Virus record (IMG/VR): IMGVR_UViG_3300021560_000013
Location: 1 to 64,000 of that record
Length of the DNA stretch: 64,000 nucleotides
Reading direction: 5' to 3' (one strand)
Source: a virus
Position numbers and translations under genes: made by a program. Position 1 is the stretch's first letter. Each line of letters opens with the position of its first letter. Below are positions 1 to 7,735 of the stretch, one piece after another. The notes under the pieces are model-generated. The model had not been told where the DNA came from. It did not search any database and saw only the letters and a list, made by a program, of their open reading frames with translations.

Positions 1-1034
1 ACGAGAAGATCATCCACAAGGCGAGCGAGACGATCTCGGGCGTGCCGGGGGTGCAGACTCCCGGCAAGGGCAGGTGGCGCAAGCAGGAAGTCACGATCGA
101 CCCGTCGGTGGAGAATCAGGTCGGCAAGGCGCTCATGGGGCAGCTGCCCGAGAACGTGGACAAGATGCCGAAGGGCGAGCAGCCGACCGGCGACCCGGCG
201 AAGCTGCTCGCGCTGGCCGAGTCGCAGGGCCTACCGAACTACCAGGCGCTGCTCGATCTGGGGCACGGGATCGGGGAGGCGCTCGGCGCGCAGGTGCATG
301 ACATCTCGGCGGGCAAGGACTTCAAGGACGTGACGCGGGACATCGGGGACAACATGAACGTGCCGCACGTCATCATCGCGCCGGTGAAGAGCAGCAAGCG
401 GGCGCAGGAGAAGATGAACGCGGACGGCACGCCGGACAACTGGAACCAGCTGTTCGACGCGGTCCGCGCCACGGTCACGGTCCCCGAGGCGCAGGACATG
501 CCGCACGCGATCGCGACGATCCAGCAGGAGCTTGAGAAGCAGGGCTGGACGATCCAGCGCGGCAAGCCCCGCCTGGTGAACGCCGACGGCGACAACCGCT
601 CGAAGGCGAACGGCTACGGCGACACGATGCTGCTCGTGAAGGCCCCGGCGTCGAAGGGCGGCATGATCTGCGAGCTTCAGGTCAACACCAACCCGATGTG
701 GTGGACCAAGGAGGCCGGGCCGGGGCACAAGTTCTACGAGCTTCAGCGCGCGGTCGAGGGCCGGGCGATGGCTGAGAACCGCGATCGGACGCCCGAGGAG
801 AAGGCGCTCGTCGCGAAGATCAACGGCGCTGCCAAGCCGCTGTACGACCGGGCGTGGGGCGCGTCGCTGAACGGCGGGATCGCCGGTGACCCTGGCGAGG
901 TGGTGATGGGCAGCGCCGCCGACCGGGCGAAGAGCCAGAAGGCGCTCGCGGACCTGAGCACCGAGACCGAGGCGCTGATGGGCGGTCCGCCGAAGCCGAC
1001 GACGCAGCGCGGCACGCTGCCGAGGGCCGCGTGA
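1..1034 (+). CDS. 5'-truncated protein with C-terminal RelA/SpoT-like (small alarmone synthetase-type) nucleotidyltransferase domain
   Basis: Frame is open from the window start. Motifs VKSxxRAxEK, DAVRATV, NGYGD, ICELQVNT and H-KFYE follow the Syn1-Syn4 order of RelA_SpoT. Confidence 0.7.
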   Translation, partial: EKIIHKASETISGVPGVQTPGKGRWRKQEVTIDPSVENQVGKALMGQLPENVDKMPKGEQPTGDPAKLLALAESQGLPNYQALLDLGHGIGEALGAQVHDISAGKDFKDVTRDIGDNMNVPHVIIAPVKSSKRAQEKMNADGTPDNWNQLFDAVRATVTVPEAQDMPHAIATIQQELEKQGWTIQRGKPRLVNADGDNRSKANGYGDTMLLVKAPASKGGMICELQVNTNPMWWTKEAGPGHKFYELQRAVEGRAMAENRDRTPEEKALVAKINGAAKPLYDRAWGASLNGGIAGDPGEVVMGSAADRAKSQKALADLSTETEALMGGPPKPTTQRGTLPRAA

Positions 1035-1759
1035 TGGCGCGCGATCCGGTAGCGCCCGTCGATCCAGAACAGACGCAGGACCGTTCCGTCAACCCGTCGA
1101 TCGTCCGGACGCCGCCTACGCCGCCGGGCGACGGCGGCATTGACGACGACAGCAGCAGCGACTACTCGTGGTGGCTCAGGGACGGCGCGACGCCGTACCG
1201 CGCGGATCCGGACGAGACCGGCGGCTTCGAGGTGTTCTCCCAGAAGGACAACGCCTGGATGCGCCAGTACTCGGTGGACAAGGACAAGATGTGGCCGTCC
1301 AGCGCCGGGGAGATCGCCGGGATGATCGGCGGACGCCAGCGGCTGAACGAGCCCGTGGCGGGGACCATGCCGATCGACCCCGGCCCGGACGAGGACTTCG
1401 CGGCGGACGACTCGACCTACATGCAGGAGGCCGAGGCGCGCCAGGACGTGTCGGCGTACACCTCGCCGGACGACATCCCGCAGCAGCCGCCGATCTCGAT
1501 GGAGGATGACGGCACGCCGTCGGAGCTTCCGCCGATCACGCTTCCCGAAGGGGCCATGAACGAGCAGCAGATCCGTGATGCCGGTCTCGCGATCGACGTG
1601 CCGTTCGAGGCCCCGATGCCAGTCGCACTGAAGTACAAGGACACGGGGCAACAGGTATGGACGCCGCCGCCGGGGTGGCAGGACCAGGTGGCGGGTGGAG
1701 AGAGTCAGGAAGGGGCCGAAGGTGGCGGTAGTAGCGGAGAGACCGGGCCTGGCACATAG
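1031..1759 (+). CDS. Acidic Pro/Asp-rich hypothetical protein
   Basis: GTGA overlap with the upstream stop; coding-like codon usage. Confidence 0.7.
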   Translation: MMARDPVAPVDPEQTQDRSVNPSIVRTPPTPPGDGGIDDDSSSDYSWWLRDGATPYRADPDETGGFEVFSQKDNAWMRQYSVDKDKMWPSSAGEIAGMIGGRQRLNEPVAGTMPIDPGPDEDFAADDSTYMQEAEARQDVSAYTSPDDIPQQPPISMEDDGTPSELPPITLPEGAMNEQQIRDAGLAIDVPFEAPMPVALKYKDTGQQVWTPPPGWQDQVAGGESQEGAEGGGSSGETGPGT

Positions 1760-2063
1760 CCTGCCGCCAGGACACCCGGACGAGTTCGTAGGACGGTCGA
1801 TCAACCCAGCAGAACAGATCAGGGTCCTCTTGTGCCGCAAGAAGGCCCAGGGCATCGTGGACTGGGAGAAGCTGTGGCCGTGGGCGGTCGCCAGGGTGCG
1901 CTGGCCGCATGACCGCGAGGAGCGCCACGAGTGGAAGCGGACGATCGGGTGGGCCGAGGGCGCGTTCCGGCGCGCCTACGAGGGTGAGGCGCTGCCGGTG
2001 GACATGAGCGCGCTCGTGATCATCGAGACGCGGATCACGTTCACCATCGACGCGCCGGACTAG
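1695..2063 (+). CDS. Hypothetical protein (start uncertain)
   Basis: ORF track; its TAG stop is the first 3 nt of the palindrome at 2061. Confidence 0.6.
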   Translation: MERVRKGPKVAVVAERPGLAHSLPPGHPDEFVGRSINPAEQIRVLLCRKKAQGIVDWEKLWPWAVARVRWPHDREERHEWKRTIGWAEGAFRRAYEGEALPVDMSALVIIETRITFTIDAPD

Positions 2064-2104
2064 CGCGCGTCATGTGCTATCCTCGGGCTACACGACCGAG
2101 GAGA
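2061..2104 (+). promoter_or_regulatory. Cassette-head element 1: palindrome + -10 (TATCCT) + leader CGACCGAGGAGA
   Basis: TAGCGCGC-GTC-ATGTGCTA at 2061-2079; leader 2093-2104; GTG at 2110. Confidence 0.85.
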
Positions 2105-2109
2105 CAGCA

Positions 2110-2433
2110 GTGTCACACACGTTTCACGATGCCCTTCCGGGCTACGACCAGCGCCAGATCCTGCACGACGGCTGCCGCGAGTGCGAGCACCGGGGCAAGG
2201 ACGTATCGACCGCGCTCGCGAACATGGACGCGCACACGTTCGGCAAGGCGTGGCGGCGCGCCTTCGACTGGCAGTCCTCGCACGGCGGCGGCTACGACGC
2301 CACCGGCCAGGTGAGTCACGCCGAGATCGCGGTCCTGAAGGCGATCTGGGGGATCCAGGTTCACCTGGAGCGTCGCGGGCTCCCGCTCGACGGGACCGCC
2401 CCGACGTTCGAGACCGAGGAGAACGCGATCTGA
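2110..2433 (+). CDS. Hypothetical protein (CxxC)
   Basis: GTG follows the conserved leader. Confidence 0.75.
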   Translation: MSHTFHDALPGYDQRQILHDGCRECEHRGKDVSTALANMDAHTFGKAWRRAFDWQSSHGGGYDATGQVSHAEIAVLKAIWGIQVHLERRGLPLDGTAPTFETEENAI

Positions 2434-2666
2434 TGGCTCGGCTACCGCACATCGTGGCTCAGTGGTACCGGCGCGAGCCGGACAACGAGGACGGGGAGTG
2501 GGTCGAGATGGGCGTGCCGAACACCGTCTCGACCGCTGAGCGCTGGGCGCGCGAGCAGTGCAAGCGCCACCCCGACCATCCGAACACTCGCGTGACCGTG
2601 GACGGCGACGAGATCGGCCAGTGGACGTACTCCGAGCGCCGACGCCGGGCGGTCAAGATCCAGTGA
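2433..2666 (+). CDS. Hypothetical protein
   Basis: TGATG coupling; begins MARLPHIVAQWY. Confidence 0.7.
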   Translation: MARLPHIVAQWYRREPDNEDGEWVEMGVPNTVSTAERWAREQCKRHPDHPNTRVTVDGDEIGQWTYSERRRRAVKIQ

Positions 2667-2980
2667 TCGGCTGGTACCTGCTCGGCAGGCGGCGCGGTCG
2701 CAAGCAGGCGGAGGCCGATCTCGACGCTCAGGCTGAGCGCCAGCGTCTACGCGCGCCCGAGCCCGGCCCGCCGGACGAGGTGCTGGTCGAGGAGCCGTCC
2801 GAGATCCCGATCTCGCGAGCGTCGCTGTACGACTACCGCAAGCTGCGGGGCTGGATCCTGCTGATGGTGATGCCGCTCGTGCTGCTTGGCTGGCTCGTGA
2901 ACCCGTGGATCTACTTCGCCGGGCTGCTCCCGTTCTTCTTCTCTGTCGGGTTCATCGTGGAGTACTGGGAGAACCTGTGA
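2663..2980 (+). CDS. Membrane protein
   Basis: GTGA coupling; two C-terminal hydrophobic segments. Confidence 0.7.
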   Translation: MIGWYLLGRRRGRKQAEADLDAQAERQRLRAPEPGPPDEVLVEEPSEIPISRASLYDYRKLRGWILLMVMPLVLLGWLVNPWIYFAGLLPFFFSVGFIVEYWENL

Positions 2981-3168
2981 GCACCTGCGGAGCAGTCTCG
3001 AACCAGGGCACCGTATGCGAGCGTGCGCCGCACGCCGAGGGTGACGGCTGCCACGAGGCGTTCGTGGACGGCGACTCACGGCGCTGGTGGGGCGACGCGC
3101 GCTGGGCACCGTGGGAGTGGATCGTCTACGAGTTCGCTGTCACAGATCCGCGCCGACCCTCGGTTTAG
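2977..3168 (+). CDS. Small Cys/His-containing hypothetical protein
   Basis: GTGA coupling; C-x9-C...H...H pattern. Confidence 0.6.
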   Translation: MSTCGAVSNQGTVCERAPHAEGDGCHEAFVDGDSRRWWGDARWAPWEWIVYEFAVTDPRRPSV

Positions 3169-3335
3169 AGAAGACAGCACGAGGAGGGCGGCAGCCCAAT
3201 CTGAGGGACTGGTCAGCTGCAGGTAGACCCGCCAGAGCCTCCCGTCACCCCGAGCCCGGATCTTCGATCTAAGGACCTTAGATCCGGGCTCCGACCACCT
3301 GTCAGATATTCGGCGGCTCGAACGACTAGTAGGGC

Positions 3336-3650
3336 ATGAGACCAAACGAGATCTTCCCCGACGCACCCCGCCAGCCCGGCATCCTGCTGATGCTGACCTT
3401 CGACCAGGCGACCGCGATCCGCGACGCCGTGACCTGCTTCGGCATGGCCGTGGACGGCGAGCTTGAAGCCATCCGCGACACCTACACCAAGAGCGACGGG
3501 CCGGACATGGGAGCGGCGAACGCGATGACCGACGACGCCGTCCGGCTCGCCTACGAAGTCCACTCGATGATCGAGCAGCAGCAGCTGCCGTACATCCGGC
3601 GGTTCGGGGCCTGGTGGCGAAAGCGCGCTCAGGCGCTCGGCCTGGAGTAG
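3336..3650 (+). CDS. Hypothetical protein
   Basis: ORF track; coding-like composition. Confidence 0.65.
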   Translation: MRPNEIFPDAPRQPGILLMLTFDQATAIRDAVTCFGMAVDGELEAIRDTYTKSDGPDMGAANAMTDDAVRLAYEVHSMIEQQQLPYIRRFGAWWRKRAQALGLE

Positions 3651-3661
3651 GCTCGCCGGAT

Positions 3662-3748
3662 GTGGGGCGACACGGGTCTTTCCTGCTGTTCGTGACGCTG
3701 TTCGCGCTGTACGCGTTCGTGGTGCTGAGGCTGCTCGCGAAGCTCTAG
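3662..3748 (+). CDS. 28-aa single-TM micropeptide MGRHGSFLLFVTLFALYAFVVLRLLAKL
   Basis: Hand-translated; TAGGCT -10-like box 8 nt upstream. Confidence 0.45.
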   Translation: MGRHGSFLLFVTLFALYAFVVLRLLAKL

Positions 3749-3828
3749 GGGATCCAGTCGTCCGAGTCGGTGAGGGCGATCGCGGCGACGATCACGAACA
3801 CGGCCACGACCGTCCAGAACACGGCCAT
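3745..3828 (-). CDS. 27-aa single-TM micropeptide MAVFWTVVAVFVIVAAIALTDSDDWIP
   Basis: Hand-translated; TAGGCT 6 nt upstream of ATG (leaderless geometry). Confidence 0.5.
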   Translation of the reverse strand: MAVFWTVVAVFVIVAAIALTDSDDWIP

Positions 3829-3850
3829 GCGGCCAGCCTAGCACTAGCCT

Positions 3851-3922
3851 AAGCGCACGTCATGTGCTATGCTGTAGGTGGAAGGTGGGGGCCTTCCTCC
3901 CTTCCGTTTCCGACCGAGGAGA
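3851..3922 (+). promoter_or_regulatory. Cassette-head element 2: palindrome + -10 (TATGCT) + stem-loop + leader
   Basis: AAGCGCAC-GTC-ATGTGCTA at 3851-3869; hairpin GGAAGG...CCTTCC; CCGACCGAGGAGA at 3910-3922. Confidence 0.85.
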
Positions 3923-3926
3923 CCAC

Positions 3927-4355
3927 ATGGACGCCACCACCTGGAACTACAACGGCTGGTTCGGCGTGCCGCGCGACATCACGCTGACGACCGGCGTGTT
4001 CGATGAGGACGCGCGGGACGTGTTCTGCCGAGGCCACTGTCACAGCTTGGCGCTGGCGCTGGAGGAGATGATCCCCGGCGCTGTGCTGCACGGGCTGTGG
4101 GACTACGGCGAGATCGTCCACGTCTTCATCGCGCTGCCGTGCGGGGACTACCTCGACGGCAACGGGCTCGTGGACGAGGACTTCCTGCTCCGCGCAGCGT
4201 CCGACGAAGGGTTCATCGAGATGCTCGACATCGCGGACATCGACTGGCTGGAGATCACCGGCGAGTATCGCGAGCGGCGCGTCGAGGACGCGAGGCCGTT
4301 CGCGCGAGCGCTGATCGAGCGTGAGCGACTCGGTTTGTTGACTGCCGCCAGATGA
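3927..4355 (+). CDS. Hypothetical protein, possible Cys-His-Asp (papain/transglutaminase-like) fold
   Basis: ATG follows the leader; GHCHSLALAL...VHVFI...YLDGNG. Confidence 0.6.
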   Translation: MDATTWNYNGWFGVPRDITLTTGVFDEDARDVFCRGHCHSLALALEEMIPGAVLHGLWDYGEIVHVFIALPCGDYLDGNGLVDEDFLLRAASDEGFIEMLDIADIDWLEITGEYRERRVEDARPFARALIERERLGLLTAAR

Positions 4356-4407
4356 GTGTTAGCGTTCTGGGGAGCGGCGTACGGGCGAGATCCTGAGCGC
4401 CGCTCCT

Positions 4408-4438
4408 TTGTGAAGCTGCGCCGGACCGGCGTTACCGT
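4408..4438 (+). promoter_or_regulatory. Class-2 (putative late) leaderless promoter
   Basis: TTGTGA-N19-TACCGT, 6 nt before GTG 4445. Confidence 0.5.
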
Positions 4439-4444
4439 CCCCGT

Positions 4445-4828
4445 GTGGGCTACTGGGACCAGGTCGCCGTCCACGAGGCGCGAGGGCACTCGCGCGGGGT
4501 CTCGATGCTTGCCGCGCGCTACGTGCTGGACGAGCGCCGCGATCCGTCCCACTTCCCGTGGGACGAGCTTCTGCACCCGCGCACGCGCACCGGCGAGTTC
4601 GAGTTCAAGGGCTCGACCGAGGGGGACATTCCCGCCATGACCGCCAAGCAGCTGCACAAGATGCTGAAGAAGGCCGGGTTCTCGCGCGTGGGCCAGAAGG
4701 GCTCGCATGCGATCTTCAAGCATCCAGCTGGCGGGCGGCTCGTGGTCGTGCCGACGCACTCGGGCTCGATCCCGCGCGGGACGCTGCGGCACATCATCGC
4801 CACAGCCCAGACGCCAGCCCTTGCGTAA
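4445..4828 (+). CDS. hicA: HicA-family mRNA interferase domain with an N-terminal WDELLHPRxxxGEF leader; no HicB partner nearby
   Basis: MTAKQLHKMLKKAGFSRVGQKGSHAIFKHP...VVVPTH...IPRGTLRHII is the HicA signature. Confidence 0.8.
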   Translation: MGYWDQVAVHEARGHSRGVSMLAARYVLDERRDPSHFPWDELLHPRTRTGEFEFKGSTEGDIPAMTAKQLHKMLKKAGFSRVGQKGSHAIFKHPAGGRLVVVPTHSGSIPRGTLRHIIATAQTPALA

Positions 4829-4849
4829 GCGCACGATGTGTGCTATCTT
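4827..4849 (+). promoter_or_regulatory. Cassette-head element 3: palindrome + -10 (TATCTT), with no leader or RBS following
   Basis: AAGCGCAC-GAT-GTGTGCTA overlapping the hicA stop; followed by non-coding structured sequence. Confidence 0.85.
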
Positions 4850-4854
4850 GTAGG

Positions 4855-5347
4855 TGCGGTCCTGAGGGGCCGTGGCCCCGGAGTGGCTCTTCTCCGGAGC
4901 GGAGATCGAAGCGAGCGCCCGATCCGCAGGGCTGGTGCCGAGATCCCGGAGGACGCGGGTTTGATTCCCGCGCGGGGTAGAGACTTGAGGCTATTGGGAC
5001 GCCTCTCTAGGCCGGTGATCGCAGTAGGGTCGCGGACCGGCCCCAGACTTCGGGACCGCTAGTCCCTGGGCGCACGGCAGTGCGTAACCTCCCGACGGGG
5101 AGAGATCCTGGGCGCGAGAGCGAAATGAGCGGACCGAACTCCCGCCAGCAACCAAGACCGAGCGCCAACTCGTGAGGGGTCAGCGAAGGAGAAGCAGTTG
5201 GCAGCCCTTACTGCTGACCGCGCTGGCGGGGGAAACTTCGGCCAGGCGTGCCGCCCTTGGGGGCGCGTCCAGGGCTGGGGCGCGAGGCACGCCCGGCCTT
5301 GCAACAGGGTAGGCGAGTGCCTACCGCCGCCGGTAAAAACCTGGCGC
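4855..5347 (+). ncRNA. Candidate large structured ncRNA (~490 nt), class unknown
   Basis: Own promoter, no credible ORF. Many nested helices: 4856-4867/5048-5059, 5139-5149/5222-5232, 5178-5185/5212-5219, 5240-5252/5286-5298, 5308-5314/5319-5325. T-loop-like arm at 4955-4971. Confidence 0.65.
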
Positions 5348-5406
5348 TAGCGCGCATCGTGCGCTATGCTCTAGGTGGGGCCGAGAGAGCCCAACGACCG
5401 AGGAGA
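5348..5406 (+). promoter_or_regulatory. Cassette-head element 4
   Basis: TAGCGCGC-ATC-GTGCGCTA + TATGCT; hairpin GGGCCGAGAGAGCCC; CGACCGAGGAGA at 5395-5406. Confidence 0.85.
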
Positions 5407-5410
5407 CCTG

Positions 5411-5602
5411 ATGGAACGAGCCTTCTACGACCTGAGACCTGACGTGCCGTACGAGCCCGGCGAGATCGCCACGCTCCAGCACGAGGGCCAGATCGACCGC
5501 GAGCGCCAGGCCGTCGAGCGCCACTACCGCAACGGCAACGAGCCCGCTCTCAGGCGGGCGATCGCCCGCTGGCACGCACGAGAGGAGAGGCCCGAGCGAT
5601 GA
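5411..5602 (+). CDS. Hypothetical protein
   Basis: ATG follows the leader. Confidence 0.7.
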   Translation: MERAFYDLRPDVPYEPGEIATLQHEGQIDRERQAVERHYRNGNEPALRRAIARWHAREERPER

Positions 5603-5928
5603 CCGAGGAGTTCCGCAAGAAGTTCGACCCGTCGCAGTGGCGGGTCCTGCACCCGCAGCAGTTCGTGGACAAGCGCATGCAGTTGCGCCGCCCCGAGCGC
5701 GGCGGGCTCGTTCGCTACGGCGTGCGCGCCTACAGGGGCGCGATCGTCCGCAAGGGCGACGACGGCAAGCCGCAGCACGCCACCTGCAACCACGCTCACA
5801 GCAAGCCGGGCGCAGCGCGCAAGTGCGCTGAGCAGGAGGCTCGCAAACGCAATCGTGCGCTGGCGCGCGGCGTCCCTGACGGCGTGCCCGGCGGCTACTA
5901 CGGACAGGCGAAGGAGGTGACCGAATGA
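5599..5928 (+). CDS. Hypothetical protein (CxHxH...C motif)
   Basis: ATGA coupling. Confidence 0.7.
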   Translation: MTEEFRKKFDPSQWRVLHPQQFVDKRMQLRRPERGGLVRYGVRAYRGAIVRKGDDGKPQHATCNHAHSKPGAARKCAEQEARKRNRALARGVPDGVPGGYYGQAKEVTE

Positions 5929-6125
5929 CCGGACCCTACGAGGCAATCACGCAGTACGCGCTGAACACGCCGTTCCACAAGGTGATCGACCAGCGCTACC
6001 CCAACGCTCGCGCGAGCAGCTACGCGACGCGCGAGCAGGCCGAGATCGCCGCGATGCGGCTGAACGGCAAGTGGCTGATCGCTGAGGCCGACCGCCAGGA
6101 GCGGTTGGTGGCGTACGCCAGCTAG
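5925..6125 (+). CDS. Hypothetical protein
   Basis: ATGA coupling; its TAG stop begins the palindrome at 6123. Confidence 0.7.
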   Translation: MTGPYEAITQYALNTPFHKVIDQRYPNARASSYATREQAEIAAMRLNGKWLIAEADRQERLVAYAS

Positions 6126-6174
6126 CACACGCCGTGTGCTAGGATCATTCTAGAATCAACCCGACCGAAGGAGA
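6123..6174 (+). promoter_or_regulatory. Cassette-head element 5
   Basis: Perfect arms TAGCACAC-GCC-GTGTGCTA + TAGGAT; leader variant CCCGACCGAAGGAGA at 6160-6174. Confidence 0.85.
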
Positions 6175-6179
6175 TGAAG

Positions 6180-7043
6180 ATGCAACTGGGATTCGGCATG
6201 AGCCGAGCGGTCCCGGAGGACGTGACCACTGCCTGGGGCGCGCGACTGATCGCCCCGGCGGACATCCTGTGGGACCGCCAGGATCTCGTCGCTGAGAACG
6301 ACGAGGCCAAGCAGGAACTGATCGCGTGGCTCAACGGCGAGCCCGAGGGCACCGGCGCGATCGCGAAGGCGCGCGACTGGCTGCGGGAGAACTACCGTGG
6401 CATGCGCCAGGACTGGGACGACGAGCACGTTCTCTACGAGGACGCCGACGGGACCATCATGGGCTCGACCAACGCGAGCTACGGCTACGTCTACGTCGCG
6501 GGCTGGCTGAAGCCTGACCGTCCGGAGCCGCTGACCGACGAGGGGCGCGAAGTGCTGCGCGACATCCGGCGCATGACGCAGCCGGGGCGCTACCACGACG
6601 CGCTGACCGTGGATCGCTACGAGGCGGTTCGCGCGGCGATCCCGGCTGAGCGCTGGCACACGAAGTACGGCTGGGCTGAGGAGGACGCCGCGAAGATGGG
6701 CGGCACCGGCCACGAGGTTCGCCTGTACGCCGTCTACGCCGACGGCGAGCGGCGCGAGATCCAGCCGAACCAGCGCTCGGGCGACTTCGAGTTCGGCTAC
6801 CACGGCAGCGGGCCGCACGCGGTTGCTGAGGCGATCGTCAACGACCGGCTCGGCGTCGAGAACGACTCGGCGGACGACGACACGTACGTGCCACCGGCGC
6901 GGGCGTTCGACTTCGTGACCGAGGTGACGGAGCCCGCCGGGCGGCGCGACGACGGCCACATGGAGTACGAGACCCGGACGGTGCTCGCCGCCGACGTGGA
7001 CCGTTGCATCGAGGCGGCGCGCGAGAAGGCCGAGGCGTCGTGA
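6180..7043 (+). CDS. Two-domain hypothetical protein; C-terminal DUF6166-like motif
   Basis: FEFGYHGSGPHAVAEAI resembles the FEWGYxGSGP motif; start is 6174 or 6180. Confidence 0.65.
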   Translation: MQLGFGMSRAVPEDVTTAWGARLIAPADILWDRQDLVAENDEAKQELIAWLNGEPEGTGAIAKARDWLRENYRGMRQDWDDEHVLYEDADGTIMGSTNASYGYVYVAGWLKPDRPEPLTDEGREVLRDIRRMTQPGRYHDALTVDRYEAVRAAIPAERWHTKYGWAEEDAAKMGGTGHEVRLYAVYADGERREIQPNQRSGDFEFGYHGSGPHAVAEAIVNDRLGVENDSADDDTYVPPARAFDFVTEVTEPAGRRDDGHMEYETRTVLAADVDRCIEAAREKAEAS

Positions 7044-7426
7044 GCAACAACCTCTACCTGGTCTCGCACTACGACGAGCGGCGCGGGACCAACTGGGCGG
7101 GCGTGGACGAGGACCGGATCCTCCGGGAGACGAAGGTCAACGCGTACGACCGCTTCGGCCCGCGCGAGTGGAACGACTGGTTCCGGGAGCACGCGCCGTG
7201 GCTGCTGCCGGTGCTCGTGATCGACCACACCGACAACGACCGGGTGGTGGACATCCTGCGCCGCTACAGCGAGAAGGACCCGTTCGCGGACGACGAGAAC
7301 CGGATCATCGCGCGCTGGCGCGAGCAGATGGTCCCGTACCCGTACGGCTCGAAGGCGATGGAGTGGGAGCACCCTCCGGTGATGGCGATCGGCCAGGACG
7401 ATGTCGCAGGCTCGCTCCGCGCCTGA
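7040..7426 (+). CDS. Hypothetical protein
   Basis: GTGA coupling. Confidence 0.7.
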   Translation: MSNNLYLVSHYDERRGTNWAGVDEDRILRETKVNAYDRFGPREWNDWFREHAPWLLPVLVIDHTDNDRVVDILRRYSEKDPFADDENRIIARWREQMVPYPYGSKAMEWEHPPVMAIGQDDVAGSLRA

Positions 7427-7682
7427 GATCACCGCGCACTACCGGGCCGCGAACATCTACGCGATCGGCAACTGGGCCGTCGCGGAGATCAAGCGGCTCG
7501 GCGCTGACGCCGAGGGCAACGTGCTCGCGAGCGAGGAACTGTGCGACCTGGCGGACTGGTGCTGGGCCTGGATCGAGAACGACCCGAAGGACAACGGCGG
7601 CGACGCCAGCGTCCGGCGCGGCATGCGCCCGTACTGGCCCCGGATCTACCGCGCCTACCTGGACTTGCGTGGTAGCGCATGA
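7401..7682 (+). CDS. Hypothetical protein
   Basis: ORF track; stop lies inside the next palindrome. Confidence 0.65.
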   Translation: MSQARSAPEITAHYRAANIYAIGNWAVAEIKRLGADAEGNVLASEELCDLADWCWAWIENDPKDNGGDASVRRGMRPYWPRIYRAYLDLRGSA

Positions 7683-7730
7683 CAGGCGCTACACTTCCCG
7701 GCGGTTGCAGGCACAGTCCGACCGAGGAGG
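7673..7730 (+). promoter_or_regulatory. Cassette-head element 6
   Basis: TAGCGCAT-GAC-AGGCGCTA + TACACT; CCGACCGAGGAGG at 7718-7730. Confidence 0.8.
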
Positions 7731-7735
7731 ACAGG

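Noticed and set aside
4875-4979. Possible tRNA (T-arm plus 6/7-bp acceptor-like stem GCCCCGG/GCGGGGT)
   Set aside because: 105 nt long, no recognisable D-arm or anticodon arm, no CCA. Treated as a tRNA-like part of the larger RNA.
4899-5065. Group I intron-like words (GATCCGCAG, GTAGAGACT, TAGTCC forming a P7-like pairing)
   Set aside because: P6 and P3/P8 do not fit by eye and no gene is interrupted. An Infernal search with group I models would settle it.
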